From Eledone cirrhosa (lineage: Eukaryota): 64,000 bases of DNA. How positions within the stretch are numbered: the first letter of the stretch is position 1; every line of letters begins with the position of its first letter. This document shows, one piece after another, positions 13,363 through 31,330 of the stretch. A model generated the notes under the pieces. It made no database searches. It was not told the origin of the DNA and saw nothing but the letters and a program-made list of their open reading frames with translations. The stretch lies in assembly GCA_964016885.1 (NCBI GenBank), contig OZ024742.1, forward strand, positions 33,604,001 to 33,668,000. The letters run 5' to 3'. The translations under genes were made by a program, and so were the position numbers.

Positions 13363-13961
13363 GGCAGAGAGATAGACAGACACAGATACACACACACACA
13401 CACATCACACAGACAGACAGACAGACAGACACACACACATCACACACAGTCAGGCAGACAGACATACAGACAGACAGAGACACACACACACATCACACAC
13501 ACACATCACACACACACACACACGCACATCACACACACACACACACACATCACACACACACACACGCACACAGAGACAGACAGACACAGACAGACACAGA
13601 CAGACAGACAGACACACACACATCACACACACACACACACACATCACACACATCACACACACACATCACACACACACACACACACACATATCACACACAC
13701 ACACACATCACACACACACACACGCACACAGAGACAGACAGACACAGACAGACACAGACAGACAGACAGACACACACACATCACACACACACATCATACA
13801 CACACACATCACACACACACACACAGACAGACAGAGACACACACACACAGACAGACACAGACACAGACAGACACAGACACAGACAGACAGACACACAGAC
13901 ACACACACACACACATCACACACACACACACACATCACACACACACACAGACAGACAGACT

Positions 13962-13993
<32 letters not shown>

Positions 13994-14107
13994 GGCAGAC
14001 ACAGACACAGACAGACAGACAGACACACACACACACACATCACACACACACACACACACAGACAGACACAGACACACACACATCACACACACACACAGAC
14101 AGACAGA

Positions 14108-14140
<33 letters not shown>

Positions 14141-14541
14141 CACACACACACACACACAGACAGGCAGACACAGACAGACACAGACAGACAGACAGGCAGA
14201 CAGACAGACAGAGACACACACACACATCACACACACACACACAGACAGACAGACACACAGACACAGACACACAGGCACTCACACACACACATGACACACA
14301 CGCAGACACACACACATCACACACACAGACATACAGACACACAGACACACACACACAGACACTCACACACACACACACATGACACACACACAGACACACA
14401 CACATCACACACACAGACAGACAGACACAGACAGACACACAGACACACACACACACACACTCACATACACACACACATGACACACACACAGACACACACA
14501 CATCACACATACACAGACAGACAGACACAGACAGACACACA

Positions 14542-14580
<39 letters not shown>

Positions 14581-14625
14581 CACACACACAGACAGACAGA
14601 CAGACAGACACAGACACACATATCA
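13185..14625. repeat. Compound (CA)n/(CAGA)n microsatellite
   Basis: Directly visible; generates the spurious C/V- and H/T-rich ORFs. Confidence 0.95.
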
Positions 14626-14849
14626 CATTCGAGTTGGGGACCCCCCCCCAAAAAAAAACAAAAAAAAAAAACGAACAATTTACGACGGTTTTGAAGGTAA
14701 TATTAATTAAAAACATTAAAAATCATAGGAAAAGCCAAAAATAGGGGACGAGGAAATAATTTACCCCCCCCCCCCCCAAAAGTCAGTGTAAAAAAAAAAA
14801 CACACCGAAATCACCCTTGGCAACAGATGTAGGCTTTAATGACTTATTT

Positions 14850-15050
14850 CACCGCATAGCGTTCCACAATGAACACAGGCAGTGGAGACTTCTGGTGTCC
14901 TCGGGCTACCTCCCTACTCACAACCATAGGCACTGAGCTGGCAGCCGCAGGTGTGAGCCCCGCGAGTTGGAGTGGCTTTTCCAGCGCTTCTCCCTTGTCG
15001 TCCCCCGGGGAAACACCTTCTCCATCCTGTCCGCCGGGGCTGTGGGGAGA
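14850..15050 (+). mobile_element. CRE-clade non-LTR 3' fragment (RLE C-terminus)
   Basis: Contains AVETSGVL..RATSLLTTIGTELA...ELEWLFQR; homologous to 32058-32410, 44860-45065 and 46072-46330. Confidence 0.6.
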
Positions 15051-15782
15051 CAAGCTGATTATATTACGAATTCTGTTGAATAGTCTTAAATACGATTACT
15101 TGAGTTCTGATCAACACAGTTATTGATGTGAGAATATTGAAGATGTTCGCTTCGAATTCGTGTGATCCAGGTTCGATCCCACTTGGAGTCTTGTGAGTGG
15201 AAGTTGGTAGGCGGGAACTGCGTGGTAGGTCATCGGTTGTGTGTATATTACATATAAACAATGGATTGGCAGAATGGGTAGAGGGTCGGATGCCATTCTT
15301 TGCAGCATAGAGTTACGGCCCTATATGATCTGAGTTCAAATCTCGCCGAGGTTAACTTTGCCTTTCATCCTTAAGGGTCGATAAAATAAAGTACCAGTAA
15401 TGCACTGGGGGTAATTGCTGGCCTTGTGCCCAAAGTAGAAACAATTATATATAAACAGTTGACAGATTAAGCGGTGTATGTAAGCACTATGTTTTTTACT
15501 GCTTCCATCACATGGAAATGAAATGAATAAAACTGAAATAAAGTAGAAAATTGCGAACTAAGTGAATTATTTGTAGATTAGCTCAGTAATCCGTTGATAG
15601 GAAAATTCACCCCCGTTTTACAGCAATAAATTAAAGTCCTGAACTACGTCTGTTCTATATAAAGGTCACATCTATATGTTGCACCTCTGTCGGTTCCGAC
15701 GACAAGTGTTGCAGTTATTTAAACAACGGAGCGGTCTGTCCATGAAATTAACGTGCAATATCTACAGATATTACAGGTATAA

Positions 15783-15825
<43 letters not shown>

Positions 15826-15834
15826 CATACGGGG

Positions 15835-16975
15835 GGCAGATTGCCTACGCACCTATGTCGTATATAAGATTCAATGCGATAAATGTAACAAGTTTTACAT
15901 AGGTAGCACCATCCGACCCCTACATGTTCGTATCAAGGAACATATCAACACCAACGCATCTTCCTTCCGTAAACATATCCTTAAATGCGGAAACCCACAG
16001 GGTAGACCCTTGGTCACAGTCCTAGCGACTGAACGCAGCATCGGATCCTTAAGGATAAAGGAAGCACTTGTTATTAAGAACCTCAGACCCCCACTTAACA
16101 ACCGGGCTGAGAGAAATGAGCTGACATGGCTAACTTAACCATAATGACCATTCACAGCCTACGGCCTGCTATCTTCACACACACGCACGTATATGCATAC
16201 CCATACGCATACACACACACATCTATATTTATACACGCACACATGTTTTTACAACCTACCACCTTTCACACCCTTTGATTTCCAGCTTCTACAGCCCACT
16301 ATCTTTCACACACAAACGCACTCACACATATACACACACAGTTACACACACATGTATAGCCATACGCTTACACACACACATCTATATTTATACACGCACA
16401 CATATTTTACAACCTACCACCTTTCACACCCTTTGATTTCCAACTTCTACAGCCCACTATCTTTCACACACACACACACTCACACATATACACACTTACA
16501 CTTATACACACACAGTTACACACACATATATATTTACATACACATATCTTACGGCTTTCACACGCTAACGCACCCTCTTGATTTAACCCATCTGGTCAGT
16601 AGCTTTTGCCACAGCCTATCACGCGCACGCGCATTCTTTCCCTCGTTTAAATTTTAAATATTTTTCTCCCCATAACGGCATTCCTGTCTTAACGACATCA
16701 CCACTTTCTCCGCTTGGCCTGTTTTCCCCCCTTTTGGAACTTTTCCCCCGTTGATGGGCGTGAGCCCGAAATATTGGGATTAAATCTCTACTACGGTAAC
16801 CCTTCTACCTTTGTTTTGTTTTCATCTTTGTCTCTCTCAACTTTCACTTTCACCTGTTTTTCCTATCTATATTTCACTTCCTACCTCGATATTTCCCTTT
16901 GCATTGTTGTGGCTTTCTTAAATACGTATTTTTACACATTTCACAATGCTTCAAGCAAACTTTAACACCCTCTTA
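15835..16975 (+). mobile_element. 5'-truncated Penelope-like element (GIY-YIG + 3' pLTR region)
   Basis: 15857-16138 reads VVYKIQCDKCNKFYIGSTIRPLHVRIKEH...LRIKEALVIKNLRPPLNNRAE..*, an open GIY-YIG frame absent from the ORF track. The UTR has a tandem duplication and a degenerate hammerhead, and it ends at (TA)n. Confidence 0.85.
16744..16779 (+). ncRNA. Degenerate minimal hammerhead motif in PLE 3' region
   Basis: TCCC-CCGTTGA-T-GGGC GTGA GCCC-GAAA-TA-TT-GGGA. Stems I and II are intact; the core deviates from CUGAUGA at two positions. Confidence 0.5.
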
Positions 16976-16978
16976 TAA

Positions 16979-17042
<64 letters not shown>

Positions 17043-17043
<1 letters not shown>

Positions 17044-17169
17044 GGAATAGAGTCAGGATCTCGTCGACTGAGCTCCGGCTGTCTCGACAGCGAGATCTGA
17101 ACTAACTCACTACTGGGTTAGTTCAGATCTAGCTGTCCAAACGGCCGGAGCTCACCCTGACTCTTTTCC
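17043..17169. repeat. GC-rich imperfect hairpin (~125 nt) in a 200-bp island between microsatellites
   Basis: GAGTCAGG..TGAGCTCCGGCTGT..GACAGC.AGATCTGAACTAACTCA-CTAC-TGGGTTAGTTCAGATCT.GCTGTC..ACGGCCGGAGCTCA.CCTGACTC. Confidence 0.8.
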
Positions 17170-17249
17170 TATTACCCACTCTACTACCCTAAGTATCGAG
17201 TACTCTGGTGCGTTATGGTCCACCTGGTTCCTTACCACACTTCCTTCGT

Positions 17250-17324
<75 letters not shown>

Positions 17325-17928
17325 GTCAGGTCACCAGTTGGTGCTACTGGTAACATGTATCCCAGTACAACCTGTCCCATGGTCGGGTTGTTGGCGACTA
17401 AACTGGCAACCCCACCAAGGATTCTTGGTGAGGAGGGTGACTTTGGACATCCTGCAGGACTAAAAACAAAACCTGTCAAAGGGCGAAGGAGCTCTTAAGA
17501 GTCAATGGCCATCCAAAATCACCGGGAGAGATGACCCCTTAGCCTTTGTCAAGGCAGAATTCTAGGAGAAGGAAAACTCTGATATAACACCTGCAACCCT
17601 GATGGTATCCAATGATGTTGACTTATTCTTCTTTTTGGTAAATATCAACTCGGGTTAAGAGAGTGGGACTGGCTTTGTGCAGTGCCTTTGCTCACTATAA
17701 AAGCTTCACGGCACAGGCATTGCTTTATATCTGGAGATCTCTCTACACTTGTCGTCACATGGTACCAAGGCCCCAACACTGTGTCAATAATTGTCACAGG
17801 TGTGGTGTTTGTACCAGAGTTTTCAAGTCGCTGGCTGGACTAAAAGTCACACTTGTTTAGCGCATCGGTAGGGGTTCTCCTACATGGATATAAAGTAGTG
17901 GCCGTACTCGAAAACGAGTTGGCAGCCA

Positions 17929-17930
<2 letters not shown>
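17325..17930 (+). mobile_element. ~605-bp non-autonomous RTE-derived bipartite retroelement
   Basis: Repeated at 37355-37650 (3' half), 47791-48398, 48642-49242 and diverged at 60835-61138. Contains TCTAGGAGAAGGAAAACTCTGA (RTE 5'UTR-like) and a 3' C2H2 remnant [20 protein letters not shown]; ends GCAGCCACC followed by a microsatellite. Confidence 0.7.
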
Positions 17931-18572
<642 letters not shown>

Positions 18573-18812
18573 CTGTCATTACCACAGCAGAGGTCCGACT
18601 AGCTTTTGATTCCAGAGTCGGGCCAGATCGATACAGATCGAACCTTGAGCTGATCAATAGCGAAACGCGCGTCACTACTCAATAAACGTAATGAAGGCAT
18701 AACAACTCGTCCTTTTTATCATTATATTTACACTCTGCTTAGTTCTACACCTCTTTACCGACTGGAAACTACGCATCGAGTGCTTATTCGGATGAACCTA
18801 CAGTAACTGCGC

Positions 18813-18853
<41 letters not shown>

Positions 18854-19202
18854 TTTTCCCTGAGTCGGTTTTTTCGTTGTCCTGGTCCTAGCGGCTCGCT
18901 TTTCCGTAGCTGTCTTCAATTTGCATAGCTGTCTAAACGTGATGTTATAACTCTAAGGTAAAATTCCTTATTGAGTGCTTTTGGCTGCACTTCCCGACAG
19001 CATTCGTTAGCTTGCCCGCAACCAGAGCTTCGATTATGCTGGACTACCTTCTTGTATATATATATAAATAAAATTGGTCGCTTTGGAAGCCTCAACAATG
19101 CAGATGGGTAAATCTCCGGGTAACAGAATCAGGTAGTAATGAGAGAGATGCAAGAGGAAATGTAGAATGAGACATATAGGGTGTAAAGGAACGTAGGAAA
19201 GA

Positions 19203-19330
<128 letters not shown>

Positions 19331-19638
19331 CATGATTTATGATATATTGCTCTGATTATTTAATTTATTAATTCTTCATTGAGCCACATCGTGACCGGTT
19401 GCCACATATATATCTATGACTTTATGTATATGTAAACCTTTATATTTAATAATCTCCCGTTAGGTTGAGATACAATTGGGCGATATTGGGCTGCGCTTTC
19501 TAGCAACAAGCCTACCCGCCGTAAGCAACTAATCACATTCTTTCTAACTTGACCACTGCCACGTCACGATTCTTAGCCATTTTTGAATCTATTTTTGGCG
19601 CGATCACTTTGGAAAATTAACTGTCAAATCTTGAGTTT

Positions 19639-19715
19639 TCTCCTGATGAGTCTGTTACACCGGATATATCCTGATAATAGGATGTCTAAAAAAATGGACG
19701 AAACCATGGTAGAGA
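19639..19715 (+). ncRNA. Type I hammerhead ribozyme
   Basis: TCTC-CTGATGA-GTCTGTT...AATGGAC-GAAAC-CATG-GTA-GAGA. Intact core, palindromic ACCATGGT, GUA site; lies in an island between (TA)n tracts. Confidence 0.85.
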
Positions 19716-20002
19716 TATAATTACGGTATGTACACATTTCTTCTAAGTTTGAATTTACACCTAATTGTGTATGGTTGACGGTATATTTAGTCAGTTTCTA
19801 CATGCTGTTGAAATGTTGGATAAATACTCTATTGAGGCCACCGCGAAGAGGCCGCTTTCGGTTATTTGTCGAAAATAGAAGCCTTTATAGGAGCCTTTAT
19901 TCTTATAGCCTGGTCTAATTGATTTTTTATATGGTTAATTATGCTAATTGGGAGAGGAAATGGTATATATTTTTTATCTAATAATTCTAAGGACATGATT
20001 TA

Positions 20003-20103
<101 letters not shown>

Positions 20104-20347
20104 ACACACATGGATATTTTTTCAAATTCCAATTGAGTTCTAGCACGTGGCCTGAATTCCTTTTAGAATTCATTGTCCTGCGCATGTATTGTTTTTTTGG
20201 CGGTAATATACTTCCTCATTTTTGAATCAGTTTGAGTATTTCTTTAGAACTGCTGGACTAGCAACCTGACAGATACCTCAGACACTGATGGTGATTATCG
20301 CTAAATACTGATATTGGTTAGATTATCAATATTAGTATTATTGGGCA

Positions 20348-20473
20348 CCCACTGATGAATTATAAGAGCCCACTTGAATATTATCTGTTGATCCTATACA
20401 AGCTCCTACATAAATTGGTATAATTTCACCCAAATTGTAGGAATCTTATAATGAAACGAGACGTCCGTCTGGG
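20348..20473 (+). ncRNA. Type I hammerhead ribozyme with long stem II insertion
   Basis: CCCA-CTGATGA-ATTATAAGA...TCTTATAAT-GAAAC-GAGACGTCC-GTC-TGGG. Confidence 0.8.
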
Positions 20474-20625
20474 AAGAGATATATTCGATATGTCTCATTT
20501 TCCACACAATACATTTAGTTAGCACCCCGAACGTTTAATTAGGAATATACTCACTTATTTCCTAATGTTTGTTGAGTGAGTTGGAATTTGGCCGGAGTAA
20601 CGCTAAAAGCTTTCTCCGATAATGA

Positions 20626-20697
<72 letters not shown>

Positions 20698-20989
20698 TCA
20701 CAGGCACACACAATGCTATATATTAGCAATCGCATAGAAAGTAATTTTACAACTAAAATGGGGGAAAAAAATCCTCTTTTGAAATACAATCGTTGAAGAT
20801 TATTGCTGCCTGACATTAGCCCCGACTTGCCAGTTTTGTATTGATGTAATATTGTAATAAAATACAGCTAACGAAGCGAAACGATCGAAATGGAGGCTAT
20901 GATGTCAGATTTTCTTTGGTCATTTGAATATGTTCAGATTCAGATAGTAGTTGTTCTCAGTGCAATAAAAACTGTGATAGAGCGACGGG

Positions 20990-21119
<130 letters not shown>

Positions 21120-21231
21120 AGAAATTGATAAAGGGAAGGAGAGAGGGGTTAGGAGTTATAAAGAAAGAGAAGGATATGAGTGAAGAATAAGTGAGATACA
21201 GAGAAAAAAACTGATGTGTGATTGAAAGAAA

Positions 21232-21268
<37 letters not shown>

Positions 21269-21969
21269 GGGGGGAGGGGAGGGAGAGGCAGATGCAGTTA
21301 GAGAAAGCGAGATACAGAGAAATGTAGATACTTTTCTCCCTCCCCACTCGCGAGTTTTAAAATACAAGTTCCTAGTTAATTCACTTCAAATGTGCTACCA
21401 GTTCTCTTTGGTAAAGCAGAAATGTCTTAACATTTTATTCTTAATAATAATACCTCGGAATTTACCCGGATTTACCCTGATTTACCCGGCTAGTGGATAA
21501 GAACATTATTACCTTTAGTTGGTGGTGGATTGGCAGTATCGGTAGAGGGTCGGACACCATGCTTTGACGCATAGAGTTACGGCCCTTGCCATTCTGAGTT
21601 CAAATCCCGCCGAGGTTAACTTTACCTTTCATCCTTACGGGGTCGATAAAATAAAGTACCAGTAATGCACTGGGATAATTGCCGGCCTTGTGTCAAAAGT
21701 AGAAATAATTATTACCTTTAGTTTCTAAAGAAAGATTCCCAGTTGGAATCCACTAGAGGATTATGTACATATCCGGAAATAAGGCGCCGATGACGGAGTT
21801 GAAACTGATCCCAATATAATGTAGATATAAATACTCCAAATAGTCTAGAAGATTATAATCTTAATCGATCCGTTGACTTTTGGGTTTGAACTCAAAACGG
21901 GATCATAGGGTCATTTATAACCATATGGAGCACTCCCCTCTCCAACAGATATCTTCCCTTGTCCCAAAA

Positions 21970-22135
<166 letters not shown>

Positions 22136-22191
22136 TTCGTTTCTGAATTTGTTTAGCAAGATTCTTTGTCTGAAAACGTGTGTTGAAATCG

Positions 22192-25043
22192 ATATTGTTA
22201 TACTTTGGGAGGGTCATGTTGCCAATAAGAAACACACGCACCAGTTGCTTTCACTTCAATTTATTATAAATTAAATTTATAAATTTATAAATTTCCGGTT
22301 GGTTGGTTGGTTCCACAACCAGACAATTGTTCATATATTGTCAAAGTTCTTTCGTCACACATTCTGTGACCTCTTCAGTGACTGGGGATTGTTTTCTTTG
22401 TTTTTGTACCTCTCCTTTGTTCTGTCCTACGCCATCTTGTTTTTGTGTGTGTTGTGTGCTTAGTTTGCGCATGTGTTACATCCGGGTGTCTGTGTGTGTT
22501 TATATTTGTTTATTTATTTGTTTATTTACATGTTACTGGGTGGTTGTTTGTTCTATGTGTGTGTTTTCATTTTGTCCTTAATTGTAAGTTGTGATGTTGC
22601 TATTCCATTCATGTTTTCTATTTAATTTTGGTTGGAGTTCATTTATGTTTATTGCCTCTGTGATTTGTCTAAACATTGCGTCTTTTCTGTGTGTAGATTC
22701 TATTTTTATTTCTATGTTCTCTAATTTACCCTTATGTTCTATTTTAGCATGTTGGTAGAGTACAGATAATTCTTTACTATCTTGAAGCTCTCGCCAGTGT
22801 TCATTTATCCGTTCTCCTATACTACGAGCTATCTCACCTATGTACACTATATTCTTATCTCTACATTGTCCTTCAGTACATTTTATGCTATATACTACAT
22901 TTCTAGTTTTACAGTTAATATGAAAAGGGTATGTATTGCTAATAAGTGTTTTTATGGAGGTACCTGGTCTTTCTACTATTTTAATATTGAGTTTATGTTT
23001 ATCTGGGGCCCTTCTGAATTTGTAAGCTAATTCACCTCTAGGGGTTGTATTGATGAACATATTGCTATCATACCATGAGTTTATTCTATTAACCCTATTC
23101 CTAGTTCTTTCTATTCGATTCCAAAATTTGCTACTATACAAGGGGCAGGTCCCATTTGTATCATTATTTACCATTTTTTCCCATTTGGTTCTGGCTCCTC
23201 TATATACACTGATTCTATCTCTCTGATTGTAACCAGAGAACTGCATACGGTGGATGAAGTGTTGTATGTGTCTCTCTAGTTCTTTGGGGTTGCACATGCG
23301 GGACACATTTCTCATCACCCGTACCAAATCCGCAATCAGTATGTTGATTTTGGTGTGGTCCGAAACAGCTGAGTTTCGGTGGATCAGATATTTGGAAGTC
23401 ATGGGTTTGGCATAATGGGAATGGAGGATCTGTTTTTTTTGTTATTGATAGTATCTAACCAGAGCTCTGTGTCTAGTACAGGTAATCGATGGTTGGGGGT
23501 GTTTGCTTGGGGAGTCTATAGTAACTCTAATACTCTGGTGGATGGAGTTAGCTATTTGCTGGATGCTTTCCATGGTATTTTTCTCTAATTCCTGACTGTT
23601 CTCTAGTGGGGGTGTTTTTACTACGATGTTTATATCATCAACGTAGCGGGAGTACATTATCAGGGTTAAGAGGTTGCTGTCTTCTAATTGTTCTTTAAGT
23701 TTAAGTTTAAGTCTATTGTCCCACCATACCATGAATAGGTTAGCTATGTCACCTGCAATGCTAACACCAATGGCTGCTCCCTCCTCTTGGGCATATGTTT
23801 TTCCATTAAATTTGAACATATGTTCCTTAAGGGTTAATTTTATACTGGCCCCCACCGCATGTGCAATCATTTTCTTTAGTTCATCGTGGTTTTCGAGGGT
23901 CCGTATGGCTCTGGTCCACCCGTTCCATCTATCTGTGTGGGTTTTCTTGGCCATTGAGGTAATGGTAGGTGGTCTGCCTCTTGCTGGTCTTGTAGGGCAC
24001 AGGTTGATAAGGTCATATGTATCTAGATAATTATTACTATAGGTAAGTTTAAGTAGGAGTCCCAGCTCACTGGTATCAATCCCACGGAATTCAACATTGC
24101 TCGCACTGATCATTTCTACGCATTTCTCCACAGAAAAACCCACGCCAATAGATGGATATAGGGACACAACATCAATACTGCCTATTATGCAGTTTGTTAG
24201 GTCCCTATACGGTTACCTTCGCTGATTCTGCTGAGGAGGACCTCCATGCTGTGACATATATCTGGGGACATTTCAATGATGGGGCGTATGATCAGGGAGA
24301 GGAAGTAGGAAAGTCTGTAGTTACTAGCAATGTTAGCTCCACAGACTGGCCGTGTTGGTGGTCCTGTGACAGGGTCACTGCTCGTTTTATGGTCTTTTAG
24401 AAGCCCATACAACGCTGGCACGTCATTGTTCCAGGCCTGGAAGTTGTTGGCAGTCCTTTTGTTGGGCTGCATTATGTTTGTCCACATCATCATATGGGCA
24501 TTGAGGGTTTTTTCCCTATCCTCATGCTATTGTGGTGTTACTTCTCTTGTGTTAGTGATGTGGGGTTGCAATGCCTGGATGTAGTTTGATAGACTGTCAA
24601 CCGACATTCTGCCAGACTTGTCTGTTGGAAAGCATGCAATCTCTCTATTACGCGAGCGCTGCATGAGCTTACGCAAGCCATTTTCAGATTTTTCTCCCAG
24701 TTGCTGGGCCTCCATTCTATTTTGCTTCTTACTATACTGTTACATAATGTTTCTAAGTTTAGATCTAGCTATACTAAATTGTGCTTCTGTTTGTTCATCG
24801 ACCTGCGACGGCAATTGCGTGCGTTTGTTAAAAGCTAAAGTCGTGGCGTGGTCTCGTCGCAGGTCGAAAGACTTATCGAAAGGATTATAAAAAGTAGAGT
24901 TCCATGCTGCTGCTTTATTGCTATTGTTATTGTTAATCGTGTTGTTTCTATTTCTATTTCCACCAACAGCCTCATGATTGTTTCTATGTCTCTCATTATT
25001 ACTCCTGTCTCTTTCCTCTGGCTCATTGTTATTATCTACTCTA
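22192..25043 (-). mobile_element. Penelope-like retroelement, left arm of palindrome (defective RT + GIY-YIG)
   Basis: ORF pieces 24527..24715 (PTDKSG), 23442..24167 (GAAIG, YSRYVDD) and 22578..23402 (NVVYSIKC..VYIGE..RINEH..EAININELQPKLN). Reverse complement of 25393-28322. Confidence 0.93.
22340..22382 (-). ncRNA. Minimal hammerhead ribozyme in left pLTR
   Basis: Mirror image of 28134-28176. Confidence 0.75.
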
Positions 25044-25234
25044 AATTACGTTGGAGCCTCAAAAACAAAAACAAAAACAAAAGTAACAACATACACACAC
25101 ACACATACAACACACATCGCAACAACAACAGACACACAGACACAAACAACAATAATAACATACACGGAGACAACAACAACACACATCAATAACAGCATAC
25201 ATCAACAACAACAACAACAACACACACACATTCT

Positions 25235-28461
<3,227 letters not shown>

Positions 28462-28547
28462 AAGTTATATTTAAAATTGTTGGGTTACAACTAGTAAATA
28501 TTTATAACTGATATAAAAGCACTCGACAAATACTTGGAGTATATTTA

Positions 28548-28880
28548 CAATATTAAATAAATGGAAAACTATATTTATAAAACCATATTTATTTCATTAT
28601 ATATATTTCGGGGATATCATATTAACAATATGCTATGCCTTCATCAGACAAAATACAATATAAACAGTTTTATAGATAAATATATTCGACATACCGTAAT
28701 AAACATCAACTTCATTTGAAGAGGTTTACTCTAGTATGTCGAATATATTTATCTATAAAACTGTTTATATTGTATTTTGTCTGATGAAGGCATAGCATAT
28801 TGTTAATATGATATCCCCGAAATATATATAATGAAATAAATATGGTTTTATAAATATAGTTTTCCATTTATTTAATATTG
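28548..28880. repeat. Fold-back palindrome (~147-bp arms, ~39-nt spacer) with a hammerhead in each arm
   Basis: 28548-28694 is the reverse complement of 28734-28880; flanked by (TA)n. Confidence 0.9.
28773..28838 (+). ncRNA. Type I hammerhead ribozyme (mirror copy 28590-28655 on - strand)
   Basis: TATTTTGT-CTGATGA-AGGCATAGCATATTGTTAATATGATATCCCC-GAAA-TATATA-TA-ATGAAATA. Confidence 0.7.
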
Positions 28881-30014
28881 TATATATATATATATATATT
28901 ATATATAGACAGTCGATCAATTTTCGTTTAAAAAGGACTGAGGAAACAATGTTTCCATTGATCTTTCCAATTACTAGAATATATATATATATTATAAGGA
29001 AGAGAATTGGCTGTGTAGTTGCTAGATAAGATATGCTTAAAAATAAGAATAAGTAAGCAAGAACGGGAGAAGTTTCGCTCATCAGTTGTCTGCTGGGTGG
29101 CTCATATATATTGTATATTAAAATTGAGTGAGAAAAAAAATTCTAATTATGGGAGTACAAACACGATAGAGAAACAAGTATTCTATCTAACCTCGCTTAT
29201 ATGTAGATCTCCCAACTTTGGTTTCATATGGAGAAGAATTCTAATTGGAACCACCAATAATTGAAGAATCCGCATCTGAGGTGATTTGAACTCAAAGCAC
29301 AATTATTTCAATTTACCACCTTATAATCTTACAACTCATCTCAAACATTTAAGCATTTCATACCTGGCTCATATTTACTATTTGTTTACTCGACTAATGT
29401 CTTGTATGCAAACTCATATCTAGTATATTGGCTTTTTTCCGCCCTCTTTTTTTTAATGTTATTTTGCCATACGGCAGCAATAATTGAGACTGATCAATCG
29501 ACTTATGATCAAAGACGTTCTGATAATGATCATTCCGTATTCTATTCAAACAGTGTATCTATGACAACATTCCAGAATGTGCTCTATATTTAAAAATTAG
29601 AATAGAGTGTAATTTGAGCGAGTTTTACCTGTTATTTATAGCTGGTCGAGCTACAACGTAAAGGCAACGTCCTGTTATAGTGTTCACCAGATGTAAAACT
29701 AGACTTGTTCGGGGTTAGATTAATCACTATTTCTTTCTAGAATTCTCAGTCTATTCACACATCATAAATACCAGCGAGTGCAATCGTGGTGCCTTCTGGA
29801 TAATTCACATATAATTATTTTACCACAATTGTGATACTGTTTTTTAAAATGATGTGAATAATGCTGTTTCTTTAAAAATATATTATTCATTTTACATTCG
29901 CATTTCAGTTTGACGTTTCTTAATTTGTTTTATTTTTATTTTTTCAAATATTTATGCTATATCATCTGTCAAAACAAACAAAAACACAAAAAAAAACGAA
30001 TAAAACCGACATTA

Positions 30015-31330
30015 ATTATTGAATATGTTGATTCTGGCTTCACCTGTGTGACACTGCAAGGTGGAGTTGAAATACAAAATATCCCAATGCATGATTTACA
30101 ATTTGGTAATGAGCGATGGAAATTTCAAGCTGTCAGAACTGGGACATCACTTCGAAAGCAAACACAAAGAAGCCAGTTGGCGCTTTAATTGATGTCAAGT
30201 TAAAAAGAATTTATGACCATAAAGGAGGTAATTTATCATATGGATTTGCTCTTTCTGGAAGTTTCGACTGAAAAAGAATAAGGGAAAACGCAATGACACT
30301 CTGCGTACTGGAGATGGCTAAAATCGTGATGGTAGAAGATGCCATGAAGCGACTGAGTCTGATGTTCTTGTCCAATAACGCTATGTCAGACAAGTAAGGG
30401 CATCAGCCAATATTTAGCGACCCAAGCTAGCTTTTCAATATGCACCACCTTCTATCAATTATTTGTTATAAAATAATTTCAACTGTCAGTTTAGTAAAGT
30501 AACCAACCTAGGTTTTGACAGATATTGTTTTGACAACACTAACACATTTATTAAACCTGCATTTTCTACTACACACACCACATAATGTGAAAGGTCATAA
30601 CACCATATGGCTCACTTTATTTGGATATTTCCACTACGCTGCAAAGACTTTTAATGATTAATTTATTCGTTGCAAAAAATTCTTAGATATTTAATTTGAT
30701 CATACAAATTTGTATAAAACTGTGAAATTTTAAGGCTTAGTAATGGGCCTTTTTGAGATCTGTACTCTAGGATAGTTGATCTTAATGATAGCACCAGCCT
30801 TGAACATACTGCGACCCAAGTTTCCAGCGAGATTAAAAAGAGTTGTGAAAAAGATCAGCCGGCAACTGGTTCAATCACTTCACGTTTTACAAAAACAGTC
30901 GATTACATACATTTGTACGCCATGTCCATGAAAAGAGGGTCGTGGAAGGATTTATATTCTGTGATTGGTTTGATACAGCAAAACAAATGATCGGTTGAAA
31001 CTGATCCAATTGTTCTTAGATCACCTTCAGTTATCAGGGAAATTGTTTGTGTCTATTTGTACAGTTGTAGCTTCTGTCATGCTTGGCAAGAAATCTGGGT
31101 TTCTTGCTCTGGTCAAAAAGAATAGCTAATTTTTCTTGATCCCACAATGTGTTATACATCACCAAGTACAGAAAATACTGTTAAAGAAAGTTAAAGAAGC
31201 AATGGGAATAATTGAACACACAGTCAACTTTGTAACGTGGACTTGCAATAGATTTTCAACTAGTTGGACATTTCTGTGAGATTGGGACGGAACATTGCAT
31301 TTTAATGTACCATACAACGTTGGGTAAGTC
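30015..31330 (+). pseudogene. Highly degenerate hAT (Buster/Charlie/ZBED-like) transposase
   Basis: Fragments EYVDSGFTC, LEMAKIV, LSNNAMS, SGFLALVKK and QCVIHHQ occur in the expected order, with many stops. Confidence 0.55.

Noticed and set aside
13065-14716. Cys/Val- and His/Thr-rich ORFs (also YI-, MYVC-, poly-K/E and poly-L ORFs elsewhere)
   Set aside because: Translations of (CA)n, (TA)n, (ATGT)n, (CTT)n and (CTG)n microsatellites.
21520-21612. tRNA genes at GGTGGATTGGCAG...GAGTTCAAATCCCGCC
   Set aside because: These are tRNA-derived SINE heads followed by the SINE body and tail; no canonical cloverleaf.
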